Positions 49,056 to 62,538 of a stretch of DNA of 64,000 nt are shown one piece after another. The DNA lies in NCBI GenBank assembly GCA_030390025.1, contig CM059431.1:154506001-154570000 (forward strand), read 5' to 3'. This DNA comes from Squalus acanthias. Lineage: Eukaryota. Positions within the stretch are counted from its first letter, which is position 1. Each line of letters starts with the position of its first letter. The position numbers and the translations under genes are program-made. The notes under the pieces were generated by a model, which made no database searches, was not told the origin of the DNA, and saw only the letters and a program-made list of their open reading frames with translations.

Positions 49056-50850
49056 GTATGTCTGACATAAAAGGAACTGGACCTATCTTACCCTAGGGTA
49101 GAATTGACGAGACTTCTATTTTTTAAGTATAAGCAGTTTGTTAGACCGTTTATCACCCATTCTTTTCTGAAGTAGGCGCGTTTCACTGCGCAATGTTTAT
49201 ACGGGCCACCGCTCCCTATGCGATCTTTTAAATGAGGGAGAAGAATGATTGCTGAGATTTCACTCCCTTACCCAATGTTCGCTCGGGTGCATCTCCGGCA
49301 CTAAATCTGTTAGATTTTCTCCCCGCAATCGCTGCAGAGGCCACTCTATGTATCAGAACCAGCACTGTACTGAAAGTGATATTTGGTCGACTTCATTACT
49401 TACCATCAACAGCTACTTCGTTATTCAGGAATATCTGTTTCACAGGAAGATCTGTGATATCACTGAAGATGTTTAGGAAGATCTATTTTACAGATCAGAA
49501 CGCATTAATGCTCATTGATTTGTTTACCACAATAAAATTGAGAAACCGCCAATCAGAATTCTATCCCTTATGTTGCCAGAATTAGTTTACGTTCTATTGA
49601 CACACTAACTGAATAATACTTTGGTCATTTCCCAAACCCCCTGTCCAAATACTTAGACTTAATCTACCTCCTCACATCCAAGCTCAACTCTTACCTTGAA
49701 TATATAGCATTACTGCCCATCAGAACTCTCGCGTTGTATTTGCATCCTCGCCTCTAGTGGTTAACTGTTGCATTGCATTTCAACGGGCACTCCAATCTTC
49801 AATCATATTCAGTTTCGCACGCCAGTTTTCCAATTTTATTTCCGGTTCCATCTGTCTTGGCTCCGGAATTTGGCACCCTTCATCTATTTAAACTGATATT
49901 TAGTCTGAAGCATTGGAAGAGAAATGTACCTATGCTCCCATCTTTTCTGTGTCTCCGGGACAAACATTTATAGATTATAGATCAACTGTCCTGTTAATGT
50001 TTGTTCAGCGATTCCTGCTACCACTTCTCAGAGCTGTCTCATCAGATGTGTAGGACTTTTAATTTAATAACTCTCTCATCCCGATTATACAATTGTTTGT
50101 GACCTTAAAGAGGAAAACAGCTTTTTGGAACATTTCGACATCAATTTTAAATAAGTCATCCTTTCAAACACCGTATTGCATTTGTTGTTTTCGCTTTTGC
50201 TATTATAATAGGCATCACGATTTTTCGCTACCATATATATCCTACCTCCACCATGGAGATTCTCAAGGTATCATGATCAGTTCCTGCACTGGAATTGGAA
50301 ATTTGCAGCTTGGCCAGCTCAGCAAATGAAAACTAGGATCTATTATACCGAATCATATCATTGATATAATCTTCAGCGTGCGTCCTTATTCCTCTATATC
50401 CTGCTACGTTATCCCATCAGATGTATAGTACCAATATTCCCAATTGCAACCTGCATGTTTAGAACTTTATCTAGATTTCTCGGCAAATTACCCCTTATTC
50501 TACTTTAGGGTTAACATTACCACATATGCCGTTAATCCTGAATTTTCGGATCACTTTGCTCATCACGGTCAAAAAATCATAGCAAGATACAGCGCATAAG
50601 GAGGCCATTCGTCCCGTCTGGCTGTATGAAAGAGTTATCCAATTTCTACCATTCCAGCTGTCATGCCAGTTTGTTAAGTTTCTACCTGATGTAATGGCCA
50701 ACAAACATCTGTAAAGTATATTGGGAAACAAAAAACCGTGAACTTCTCCCGATAATATAAGCTACTCGTACGTAAACTTTGCTGGGAACCGCGTGGAAAT
50801 GTGTCTAATCGCAATACAACTGGGTGATTTAATGAAGATTTTGTTTTCAG

Positions 50851-51021
50851 CAAATTAGACAACTTGCGGGAAAGAATCACAGAAAGGATGCTGCTAAACT
50901 CCTTCTCGATATGGTGTTAGAAAAAGGAGAGAGGGCAAAACGTATAATGTGTGACGAGTTTCAGAAACTGCAAAACATCAATCCAAAGCTGAAAGAACTA
51001 TTGAAAGCAATCAGAGATCAG
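50851..51021 (+). CDS. Exon encoding the C-terminal half of the CARD/death-fold domain
   Basis: Acceptor TTTTGTTTTCAG, with a phase-0 join to the previous exon. Translation QIRQLAGKNHRKDAAKLLLDMVLEKGERAKRIMCDEFQKLQNINPKLKELLKAIRDQ. Donor CAG|GTACAG. Confidence 0.7.
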
Positions 51022-51694
51022 GTACAGCAAAATAGTTCACTGACATTAGATATGACTTTAAAAGCAATCCTTAGATATCATATACATAGCAGACTGTAAA
51101 AGATAAATGCGAGGGGCTGATTTCCATAGGGGTAATCTCGTTAATTCGATATTTTATGATCACGACAGTTATTCATTTTGTTCTTGAAATGTGCAATTAC
51201 TTTTCATAATAGCTTCAAAAGAAGGTTATTTCAGATGGAATGACGGCACCAATTAGATATTTGATCTAACACTAGTTCAAGAGAAAATATCGGGATTTTT
51301 AATAAATGGCAGAGCTCATGCTTTTGACCATAATCAGTGCACTAGTATCAAATTTGCACTCGGCACATATCAGATCACACTATTTGTTAATAATATACAG
51401 AAAACATTTTATATTATGTTTTAAAGTTTCCAAATATAACAACCCTCCAGTGTAGGAGGATTGCATTTATTCAAAAGCGTCTGTATCAGTGACGAAGATT
51501 ACTCAAATGACGTAAAGGCTGTGCTTACTCTACATTGCTGTAAGGTCGTTTTCAATTGCAGAGTGCAAAGCCTAGGTTAGAGTAATACTTCCTGTTACCA
51601 TTGCCACTCTGCTCCCTAACAGTTGATCAGTTTGAGGCATTCCTCTTTACATACAGTGCTAAATTTCTTAAAGTTATTTGTTACTTTTCAAAAG

Positions 51695-51790
51695 AATTGA
51701 CTGCATCTTCCGCAAACCAAAGCCAAAAAATTGCGAATCTAAATTTAGAAATGGACGAGATGCCACAAAACCCGTTTTCACGATGGACTG
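51695..51790 (+). CDS. Candidate 96-nt phase 1-1 linker exon after the CARD
   Basis: Acceptor TTACTTTTCAAAAG and donor G|GTATTG. Translation (E)LTASSANQSQKIANLNLEMDEMPQNPFSRWT. Its phase does not match the preceding donor. Confidence 0.3.
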
Positions 51791-52745
51791 GTATTGCCCA
51801 TCCATTCTGTAGTCCATTGTTTGCAATAGTTCCAAATACAGCTATTAGGAAATGCAGAAGAGGCTTGGGCTCTTTTCTATAGAAAAAAAGGCACAAGGAT
51901 GACATAATACAGGTTTTTATAGTCATGAGCCATTTAGGTAGGGCAGACGTAGAGAAGATGTTTCCAATTCTTGGGAGTCCAAATCCAGGAGGCACAAATT
52001 TAAGATGGTCACGAATAAATCCGTGTATTTATATTTTCTAGGTTTATAACCTCTCTAAGTGTCTCTAGTTAATCAATTATCTCCCTCCTATCTATGTTAA
52101 ATGCCCTCATTGATTTTTCATTCTCTACTTGAATCGTCATGTCAACATTGTTAGTCTTTTTGGTAAAAACTGAGGCAAAGTGTTGTCTGGTATGTTCTTG
52201 TTTTAAAACGGAATATCGGTCTCTTGAACTCTTTTGAACACGTGTTTTAATATTTCACACTGAAGTTCTATCTCTGTGAAGTTTTTTTACAGCTTACGCT
52301 CACTAGTTTTATCCTCATCCTCTCATGATTAGCTTTCTTCCAATTAATTACTTCGGTTGTTCTCTTGATTTTGATTCTCTCAGTCATTATCTTAAAACGT
52401 ATTACGTTGTAATCTATGTTGTTTGAATGTTCTCCTATGTTTACTTCTCTTATCTTCCCATTACTAGATCCAGCAGTATTCCTCCTTTGTTGGGTTTCTT
52501 ATGTAAAGGATACGAAAGAGTCCTGTACACTGTAAAATCTCTATTTCCATTTTTCATTTCACGACCTCACTTTGGCAGTTTATGGGGAGAGGGAGGCTGT
52601 TCGTTGAAATCTCCCGTGATTATTATTTTATACATATTGCTCATTTCATAGATCTGACTGAATATTTCTCCCTCCACTTCCCGTCCACTGTTCGGTGCTC
52701 TGCAGAATATCCGGTTAGCATAATTTATCGCATATTATATTTATT

Positions 52746-53464
52746 GGCCCAAAAATTCGTGAGGAAGCCTTCGTGCGAGGGTAAGGCCTCCCCGCGATCT
52801 CTCACTGCACGTTGGCTTTTTCAGTTCCAGCTCGCACCAACTTGATGTTCTGGACAGCTGCTGTGCTGTGCTTGCGCATCCCACAGGCGTAGTTAATTCG
52901 TGCGAGCTGTGGGATCACGTGACTCAGTTAGAGCCAATGGCAGCACACCATCTTCCATTCATAACTTTCACATAAGTGTAGCCCCCCAAAAGAACCGCTA
53001 AACCTCAATTAAATTTTTTTAAAAACCATCACATTAATAAAATAAGTATAGTTAAATAAATTAACCATTTTAAATCAAAAATTTAAGTTTTGAAATAATA
53101 TAAAATCTTTTAAAAATTTATAAATATAAACTTACCTGGCTTTAAAGTCTCTAAGAAAGATATACCTGTTAAAAAAAATTCAAAATAATACTTAATTCAC
53201 TACTTACCTTGTTAAAAGTGGGTCTTACTCCTTTTTTTATGTGCAGAATCTTCCGTACTTACCTGCGAGTTGAAACCACGAAGTGCACTGCATGCGCGCA
53301 GCCTGTAGCGCGCACGCGGTTCACCTAGGACCCGCCGCCTTTTCCATTCACCAAGTGCCGGTTTTCAGCGCATGCGCAGTGCATGCAGAAAACCGGCAAT
53401 TGGAGACAGAATACGCGAGAGTACGCAGTGCGTACTCTCGCGTAGCGGCACTAATTTTTGGGCC
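52746..53464. mobile_element. Harbinger-type MITE, 719 bp
   Basis: 16-bp TIRs GGCCCAAAAATT(C/A)GTG. TSD ATT at 52743-52745 and 53465-53467. Confidence 0.9.
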
Positions 53465-53529
53465 ATTATAATTATTACTACTTGCAGTAATATAAATCAA
53501 TAATGCTACCTTTTCAAAAGGAACTTGTC

Positions 53530-54830
53530 GAATTTCGCTGCAGATACTGACCGAGGTTTTGCGGGGGATTAGCGGGCGGAATCGTGGCAAGTCGGGTAGG
53601 AAAATGATTTTTTGAGAACGAATCGCGAATCCGCTGTCAACCTGCCACAACACGCCTTTCCCACTTTCGGGTCTGTCATATGAGCAGACCCGAGCCTCGG
53701 GAGATCCAATTGAAATAATTAACATCGAGATAACAGATGGTTAACAGGATTTCCTTTTACTTTCTTTTTGACCTTCACTGCATGACCTCGGGAACCACGC
53801 TGTTCGGGGACCACGTCTGTCAACCTGAGGCGTGAGTTCAGGGGCCATTGCTCCAGCTGATTATTTTCCAGCTTCTAATGTACAGTAAAGGATCCTACCT
53901 GTCAGATCATCACTTTCCTCAGGCAGAAGCTGTTTCTCAGTCTATTTCCAGCGCAGATTCAGCTGGTTGCAGTCTTTTCAGTCTCCATCCACTCTCATCT
54001 CATTGGCAGAACTCTGTCATCATTTACAGAATGCTTCTGTCATTTCTACTTCACCTGCCAGCTATACCTTCAACATGGGTGCCCTTTATATTGTCTCAAC
54101 TTGGTCCTCAGAAACCGACGACGATCAGCCCGAACACCAGGAGCACCAGGCACACAAGCAGCACCAACTCCAACACCAACACTATCCTTTAGCACCTGAT
54201 GCTGCACAGGACCGAGTGCATCAGCACGCGAGTACAGAGCTGGCTTGGAGGCCAGGATGGCCTCAGCATGGCCACAATTATTTCACTTGAGCCTGTGCAC
54301 CCTCGCTGCCACTTGATGCACTAGTTTGGCACCAACCCAACACTTACACCATAGATCATCCCTACAATGTCAAAGCCATTATTTTCACACTTACTAGATT
54401 TGCGGAGGTACCGTAATGTCTCACCATTTACTGCAACTGAATAAGCCACTTCCAGTTTTGAACAAATAAAGATTTCAATATTTGACAGCACATTAACAGA
54501 AACTTTACATGATCAATGGATAAAGTACCCAAGTGGCTACCCTTGTCTGCTGTTATTTGGTATGATTTCATTTGGGAGAGCGTGAATGTGAGTGGTGACT
54601 AGTAAATGGGGATGTGATAACGTATATAGAGAGTGAGAGGGTTAGGTGGATGTGCAAGTTATGTTGGTGAGTGTAACATTGCGCAGGAGTAGGGTAGGGC
54701 ATTCAAAATGATGGGGATGTGATCAGAGGCACAGCAGGGTGAAGGCGAGTGTGGCTTTGTTCTAACATTTGTTGATCTATTGGGATCGTTGAATCGTTTT
54801 TGGCACTGCACCCATGACCTCCTGACGATA
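53530..54830. mobile_element. Degenerate, internally deleted Harbinger element
   Basis: Minus-strand Myb remnant RRSWVQCQKRFND (~54780-54825) followed by GTTAG..intron-like sequence. Gln/His-rich remnant on the + strand at ~54075-54290. Confidence 0.55.
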
Positions 54831-54929
54831 CCTAGCCTATCCAAACCCGTCATAATCATGTACACCTCTATCAAATCACCCCTCAACCTCCTTTGCTCTA
54901 ATGAAAACAAAACCAGCTTCTCCAAACAG

Positions 54930-57900
54930 TCAGTTACTCCCACAGTGCTGTTAGGGAGGGAGTACCAGGATTTTGATCCAACGACGATGACGGATCTTCG
55001 ATATACTTCCATGTCAGGATGGTGTATGGCTTGGAGGCGAACTTGGAGATGGTGTTGTTCCCATGCGCTTGCTGCCTTGTCTTTCTAGGTGGTAGAGGTC
55101 GCGGGTTTGGAAGGTGCACCCCAAGGCGCCTCGGCGAATTGCTGCAGTGCATCAAGCGGGCTGCTTTGTCCTGGATGATGTCGATTTTCTTGAGTGTTGT
55201 TGATGCTGTATCATTCAGCAAGTGGTGAGTATTCCATCACACTCTTTACTTCTGCCTTGTAGATGGTGGAAAGGCTTTGGGGAGTCAGGATGTGAGACAC
55301 ACGCCGCAGAATACCCAGCCTCTGACCTGCTCATGTTGCCACAGCATTTATGTGGCTTGTCCAGTAAAATTTCTGGTCAAAGGTGACCCCCAGGATACTG
55401 ATGGTGGGGCACTCGGCGAGTGTAATGCCGTTGAATGTCAAGGGGCGGTGGTTAGACTCTCGCTTGTTGGAGAATGTTATTGCCTGGCAGTTCTGTGCCG
55501 TCAACATTACCTGCCACTTATCAGCCCAAGCCTCAATGTCGTCCAGGTTTTGTTGCATGCCGGAATGGACTTCGTTCTTATCTGAGGAGTTGCGAAAGGC
55601 ATGGGAAATTGTGCAGTTATCAGCGAACATCTCCGTTTATTACGTTATGTTACAGGGAAGCTCATTGATGATGCAGCTGAAGATGTCTGGTCCTAGGACA
55701 CTGCCCTGAGGAATTCCTGCAGCGATGTCCTGGGGCTGTGATGATTGAACACCAAACACAACAAACATTTTCCTTTGTGCGAGGTATAACTCTAGCCAGT
55801 GTACAGTTTTCCCCCGATTCCCATTGATTTCAGTTTTATCACGGTTCGTTGATGGCAAATTCGGTCAAATGCTGCCTTGATGTCAAGGGCAGTCACTCTC
55901 ACCTCACCTCTGGAATTCAGCTCCTTTGTCCATGTTTGGCCCAATGCTGTAATGTGATCTGTAGCCGAGTGTTCCTGGTGGAACCCAAATTGGGCTTCAG
56001 TGAACTGGTTATTCGTGAGAAAGTGCCGCTTGATGGCACTCTCGACGACAGCTGTCATCACTTTGCTGATGATTGAGGTTAGACTGATGTGGCGGTAATT
56101 AACCGGTTGGATTTGTCCTGCTTTTTGCGGACAGGACATACCTGGGCAGTTTTCCACATTGTGGGATAGATGCCAATTTTTTATCTATACTGGAACAGCA
56201 TGGCCAGAGGCGCGGCTAGTTTTGTAGCACAAGTCTTCGGCATGACAGCCGGGATGTTGTTGGGGCCCATAGCTGTAACCAATGCGCTCAGCCGTTTATT
56301 GATATCACGTGGAGTGAATCAAATTGGCTGAAGACTGTCTTCTGTGATGGAGGGCACCTTAGGAGTAGGCCGATCCGATATCAATCATTTACTCGACACT
56401 TCTGGCAGAACACGGTCGTTTACGCATCAACTTTGTCTTCTGCACTCACGTCCTGGGATCCCCCATAATTTGAGGACTGGGATTTGCATTGAGCCTCCTC
56501 CTCTCGTTAGTTGTTTAGGGTTCCAACTCAATTCACGGCTGGATGTAGCAGGACTGCAGATCATTGATCGGATCCGTTGATTGTGGGATCGCTTAGTCCT
56601 GTCTAAAGGACGCTGTTTTGCAGTGAACAGCACCATCCGCTGTATATGATCTACTTTGACCTCACAAAACCGTCAACCGTGAGAGATTATGGAGTGTCCT
56701 CCTGCAATTCCTCTGCCCTCAAAATGTTGTCACCATCGTCCGCTTGTTCACAACGACATGCAAGCCGTGATCTTGAACAACGGATCTACCACAGACCCAA
56801 TTCAAGTACGGGTTCAAACAAGGCTGTGTCATCGCACAAACGCTCTTCTCGATCTTCCTGGCTGCAATGCTCCAACTCACCCTCTGTAAGCTCCACGCTG
56901 GAGTTGTGCTAATCTACAGAAAAAATGTGTAACTGTTCAACCTCCGTCGCCTCCAGTCCAGATCCAAGGTTTACCCAACCTCTGTCATCGAATTACAGTA
57001 TGCAGACGACGCTTGCATCTGTGCACACTCTGAAGTTGAACTATAATCCATCTTCATCACCTTCACCTGTAGCGTACGAGAGCATGGGCCTTACACTAAA
57101 CATCCGTCACAAAAGGTCTTCTACCAACCTGCACCCCCCCCCACCCCCCGACACAGTACTGCTCCACGATTATCAAAGTGGTCAACTTTCCATACCTCGG
57201 GAACCAACTGTCAACAAGGCCAGACGTCGATGACAAAGTCCAACACCGCCTTCAGTGTGACAGTGCAGCCATCGGTCGCCTGAGGAAGAGAGTGTTTCAA
57301 GAACAGGACCTCAAACCAAAATCAATCTCATGGTCCACAGAGTAGTAGTGGTACCCGCCCTCCTGTATGCTTCAGAGACATGGTCCATCTACAGCAGGCA
57401 CCTCAAAGCACTGGAAAGCTACCAGCAATGCTTCCTCCGCATGATCCTGCAAATCCATTGTCAGGATAGGTGCAGAAACGTCAGTTATCTCGCTCAGACT
57501 AACATTCCCAGCATCGAAGCTTTGACCACACTCGATCAGCTCCGATGGACGGGCCACATCGTCCACAAGTTCGATACGAGACTCCCAAAGCAAGTGCTCT
57601 ACTCCGAGATCCAACACGGCAAGAGAGCCCCAGGTTAGCAGAGGAAACGCTTCAAGGACACCCTCAAATCCTCCTTGAATCAGTACAACATCCCCACCGA
57701 TACCTTGGTATCCATGGCCCAAGACCGCACAAAGTGGAAGGGAAGCATCTGGGATGAGGCCAAACACCTCGACTCTCTTCGCCGGGAGCAAGCAGAAGCC
57801 AAGCGCAAAAAGCAGAAGGAGCTCACGTCAACCCAAGCACCCCACCCACCCGCCCCTTCAATCACCATATACCCCTCCTGTGACATAAACTCTAGGTCCT

Positions 57901-58740
57901 GCATTGGAATCATCAGTCACCTGAGAACACATTTTTAGTATGGAAGCAATTTTTGCTCAGTTCGCAGGGACTGACTAAAAATTTTGTTTTTGCATCCATG
58001 TAGTCCTGTGTTGCAGCTTCCCCAGTTTGGCACCTCATTTTTTGGTACGCCTGGTGCGGCTCCCAGCATGCACTTCTACACTCCTCATTGAACAGGCTTG
58101 ATGGTAATGTTAGAGTGAGGGCTATGCCGGGCTATGAGGTTACAGATTGTGGTGGAATGCAATTCTGCTGCTGCTGATGGCCTCATGGAGGCCCAGTTTT
58201 AAGCTGCTCGATCTGTTCTGAATATATCCCATTTAGCACGGTGGTAGTGCTACACAACACGATAGATGGTATCCTCAGTGTGAAGGGGGACTTCTTCTCC
58301 ACAATGACTGTGCTGTGGTCACTGCTACCAATAATCTCATGGAGAGATGCATCTGTGACATGTAGCTTGGTGATGACAATTTCAAGCAGATCTTTCGCTC
58401 GTGTTGGTTCTCTCACCACCTGTCTGGCAGTTATGTCATTCAAGACTCGGCCAGGTCAGAAAGTTGATGCTTTCGAGCCACTCTTGGTGATAGACATTGA
58501 CGTTCCCCACCCATAGTACATTCCGTGCCCTTGTTACTCTCATTGATGTTCAACATGGAACAGTACTGATTCATCAGTTGAGGGAGGGCGGCAGGTGGTT
58601 ATCAGCAGGAGGTTTTCTTGAACTGAATCCATGAGATTTGTTGTCCGGAATCAATTTTGGTGAGTCCCAGGACCATTCCTTCCCGACTGTGCTGCCTCCC
58701 CTGATGGATCTGTCCTGCCGGTGGGACAAGACGTGTAAGG
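54930..58740 (-). mobile_element. Degenerate LINE of a second CR1-clade family, split by an RTE element
   Basis: RT motifs [28 protein letters not shown] and FAD. Endonuclease remnant QVVREPTR..SSDH at 58183-58443. Confidence 0.8.
56623..57981 (+). mobile_element. 5'-truncated RTE-clade LINE
   Basis: Motifs DLTK, QYADD (56995-57009), LLYASETW, LRWTGHI and RLPKQVLYSE, with C-terminal SHLRTH. TGTTTTGCA-like sequence on both flanks. Confidence 0.85.
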
Positions 58741-58749
58741 ACAGGTGTT

Positions 58750-58927
58750 TTAATTCGCTAAAGGAAATTAGTGAACCAGATGACTTTTTACGACAATCCG
58801 ATAGTTCCATGATATTAGCTTTTTATTTAATGAACTGATTTTTAATTCCCCAGCTCAAACTCAAGTCTCTGCATCATCAGTCCAGGTTTCTGGTTTACTA
58901 GTCCAGTAACGTAACCACTATGCTACT
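58750..58927 (-). mobile_element. tRNA-derived SINE-like head
   Basis: Minus strand begins GTAGCATAGTGGTTACGTTACTGGACTAGTAAACCAG (A box and anticodon-arm-like). The B box is degenerate. Confidence 0.5.
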
Positions 58928-58971
58928 GATTCCGGTATTGAATTTATTGGTGACCATCTTATATTTATGAT

Positions 58972-61355
58972 AACCAACTCGGGAACAGGCTATATTGGAC
59001 TGGGTACTGTGCAATGAGAAGGGACTAATTAGTAATCTTGTTGTACGGGGACCCTTGGGTCAGAGCGATCATAACATGATCGATTTCTCACTCGAAATGG
59101 AGAGCGAAGAAATTGACTCAGAGACTAAGGTCCTGAATTTAAACAAGGGGAATTATGATGCCATTAGACGGGAGCTGAGTAGGTCTGATTGGACAACGTT
59201 CCTGGGAGGACTAGAGGTAGATAAACAATGGCAAGCATTTAAAGATAGAATGACAAAATTGCAAAAATTGTTTATACCAATCTGGCATAAAAGGAAATCT
59301 AAAAAGCTGACTCAACCGTGGATAACTGGGGAAATTAGAGACAGCATAAAATCCAAAGATAGGGCGTATAAAATAGCCAAAAAAGCGCCAGAGCGGAAGA
59401 TTGGGAACAGTTTAAGATAGAGCAAAGGAGGACAAAGGGCTTAATCAAGAGGGGCAAAATAGCTTACGAAAGCAAGCTGGCGGAAAATATAAAAACAAAC
59501 TCCAAAATCTTTTATAAGTATATCAAGAGGAAAAGACTGTTGAAAACCAAAGTTGGTCCATTGCAGTCAGATACGGGGGAATATATAACGGGAAATAAGG
59601 CAATGGCAGGCTAACTAAATGCATACTTTTGGTCAGTCTTTACGAAGGAAGACACAAAAAACCTCCCTGGGATATCGGGAAAAATAGGGACATTGCCAAA
59701 GGAGGAACTGACGCAAATCAATATCTCTAAGGATATGGTGTTAAGGAAGCTAAAGAGATTGAAGGCGGACAAATCCCCAGGGCCTGATAACATGCATCCT
59801 AGGGTACTGAAGGAGGTGGCCCTAGAGATAGCGGATGCACTAAGTACGATTTTTCAGAATTCATTAGACTCGGGAACAGTGCCCATGGATTGGAGGGTAG
59901 CTAACGTTACCCCACTATTGAAAAAGGGGGGTAGGGAAAAAGCAGGTAATTACAGACCTGTAAGCCTTACATCAGTTGTGGGCAAAATGCTGGAGTCCAT
60001 CATTAAGGATGAAATAGCGGAGCACTTAGCAAATGGGGACAGGATATGACAGAGTCAACATGGATTTACAAAGGGTAAATCGTGCTTGACTAATCTATTG
60101 GAATTTTTTGAGGGAGTAACTGGTAAAATAGATGGGGGAGAGCCAGTAGATGTGGTGTACCTGGACTTCCAGAAGGCCTTCGATAAGGTCCCACATAAAA
60201 GATTAGCATGGGAAATTGAAGCTCATGGGATAAAGGGGAAAGTATTGACGTGGATAGAGAACTGGCTGTCAGATAGAAAACAGAGAGTTGGAATAAACGG
60301 CTCATTTTCTGAATGGCAGGCAGTAACAAGTGGGGTATCACAGGGATCTGTCCTGGGTCCCCAGCTGTTCACAATTTACATTAATGACCTGGATCAGGGA
60401 GTCGGATGCAGCATTTCCAAATTTGCAGACGACACGAAACTAGGAGGGGGGTGGGCTCAGAGGAGGAGACCAGGAAGCTCCAGAGCGATTTGGACAGACT
60501 GGGTGATTGGGCGGATAAATGGCAGATGCACTATAATGTGGACAAGTGCGAAGTTATCCACCTTGCGTGCAGGAACGGGAGGGCAAATTATTATTTAAAT
60601 GGCTATAAATTGGGAGAGAGGGAAGTACAGAGAGACCTGGGTGTTCTTGTACACCAGTCACTGAAGGCGAGCATGCAGGTGCAACAGGCGGTCAAGAAGG
60701 CAAACGGTATGCTGGCCTTCATAGCAAAAGGGTTGGATTACAGGAACAGGGATACCTTGCTGCAGCTGTACAGGGCACTGGTGAGACCACACCTCGAGTA
60801 CTGTGTAACAGTTTTGGTCGCCTCATCTGAGGAAAGATGTTCTTGCCATGGAGGGGGTGCAGCGGCGATTCACCAGGCTGATACCAGGAATGGCGGGATT
60901 GACCTATGAGGAGAGACTATGTAGTTTAGGGATGTACACACTGGAGTTTAGAAGATTGAGAGGGGACCTCATAGAAGTGTATAAAATTCTGACAGGTCTA
61001 GACAGACTAGATGCAGAAGGAATGTTTCCCTTGGCGGGTGAGAACAGAACTAGAGGACATAATTTAAGGTAAAGGGCTAAACCATTTAGGACAGAAATGA
61101 GGGGGAATTTCTTCACTCAGAGGGTGGTGAACGTGTGGAACTCATTGCCACAGAGGGCAGTGTACGCCAGCTCATTAAATATATTTAAGAGGGAATTAGA
61201 TATATTTCTACAGACAAAAGGGGTTAAGGGTTACGGAGAGAAGGCGGGGACGGGATACTGAATTGGAGGATCAGCCATGATCTCATTAAATGGCGGAGCA
61301 GGCTCGAAGGGCCGGATGGCCTGCTCCTGCTCCTATCTTCTATGTAATCTATGTA
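58972..61355 (+). mobile_element. Young 5'-truncated CR1, same subfamily as 6651-9852
   Basis: Near-identical translations in ORFs 58995-61072, with several stops and frameshifts. Confidence 0.95.
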
Positions 61356-61479
61356 AAATATAATTGAACGCATTGTCAGCAGTAGCTTGTACCAGAGCCC
61401 ACAGCACATCATTGTGGGTACAAATCAACATTTTAATTCAGTACAATTGGTCCGGCGAATACCTGAGAACCGCAGGTTC

Positions 61480-62075
61480 CTGCGATCTATCCTTTGTTAG
61501 AAGGGTAAAGCTAAACTTCTCCGGAGAAACACATCTCAAAATCATCTTGGTTAGACCACACTTGAAGTACGACGCACATTTATGTTGCTCATAATATAAG
61601 AAAAGTGTACAGAGGCAACGGGGTGTTGCAAAAATGATTTAGCATGATATCAGAACTAAGAGGTTATACTAGAAACGAAAAGGCTGAGGGTTGAGCTTAT
61701 AGAAGTCTTTATAATTATGAAGGGGTTTGATAGGGTAAACATAGCGAGAATGTTTCCACTTGTGGGCAAGTAGAAAATTGGGCATAATAAATATAAAATA
61801 GTCATCAATAAATCGAGTACGCAATTCAGGAAGAATGTATTTACCCAAAGGTAGTGAGCTCGTGGAACGTGTTAACAGAAGGATTATTTGAGGTGAATGG
61901 CATAGAGGCATTTAAGGGGAAGTTAGATACGCACATCAGGGAGAAAGGAACAGGAATATATGCTGATAGATTTAGATGAAGCATGGTAACAGGACGCTCT
62001 TGTGGAGCATTAGCACGGGCATTGAGCCATTGCATTGAATTACCTGTTTGTGTGCTGTACATTCTATGTAATTCT
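61480..62075 (+). mobile_element. Degenerate CR1 3' fragment
   Basis: LVRPHLKY remnant and CR1-like 3' UTR. Confidence 0.65.
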
Positions 62076-62204
62076 AAGGAATCATTGTCAGTGACAAAGG
62101 TATTTAACATAATGAAATCATGCTAAAGGACTTTAAATCAGCGGCCCAATAACTACGATTGCGAGTGAGATAAAGTGTTATTGTCGAAGTTTTTTTTTTT
62201 CTTT

Positions 62205-62470
62205 TTGTGTGCTTGTGTTTATATCTGTAGATATTTGGTGTTGCAGGTTGTTTGTCTGTACATTGTGCTTTTGTACATTATGCACTTGTATATTGCGTGA
62301 AATTTGTAGATTTTGCGCTTGTACATTGTGCTTCAGTACATTGTCTGCTAATACATTATGCATTTGTACATTTTGTGTTCGTGCATATTTGATATTAATA
62401 TCGAATGTCTCTATATTGTCCATCTGTACATTGTGCAGTTGCATTTTGTGCACCTCTACATTGTACAACT
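62205..62470. repeat. Degenerate ~15-bp minisatellite (TGTACATTGTGC core)
   Basis: Recurrent TGTACATT(A/G)TG(C/T) at intervals that are multiples of ~15 bp. Confidence 0.8.
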
Positions 62471-62538
62471 ATATATCGTGTGTCTCTAAATTCTGCAGAT
62501 ATATATTGTATACAGGTGCATCGTGCTCCTATATATTG

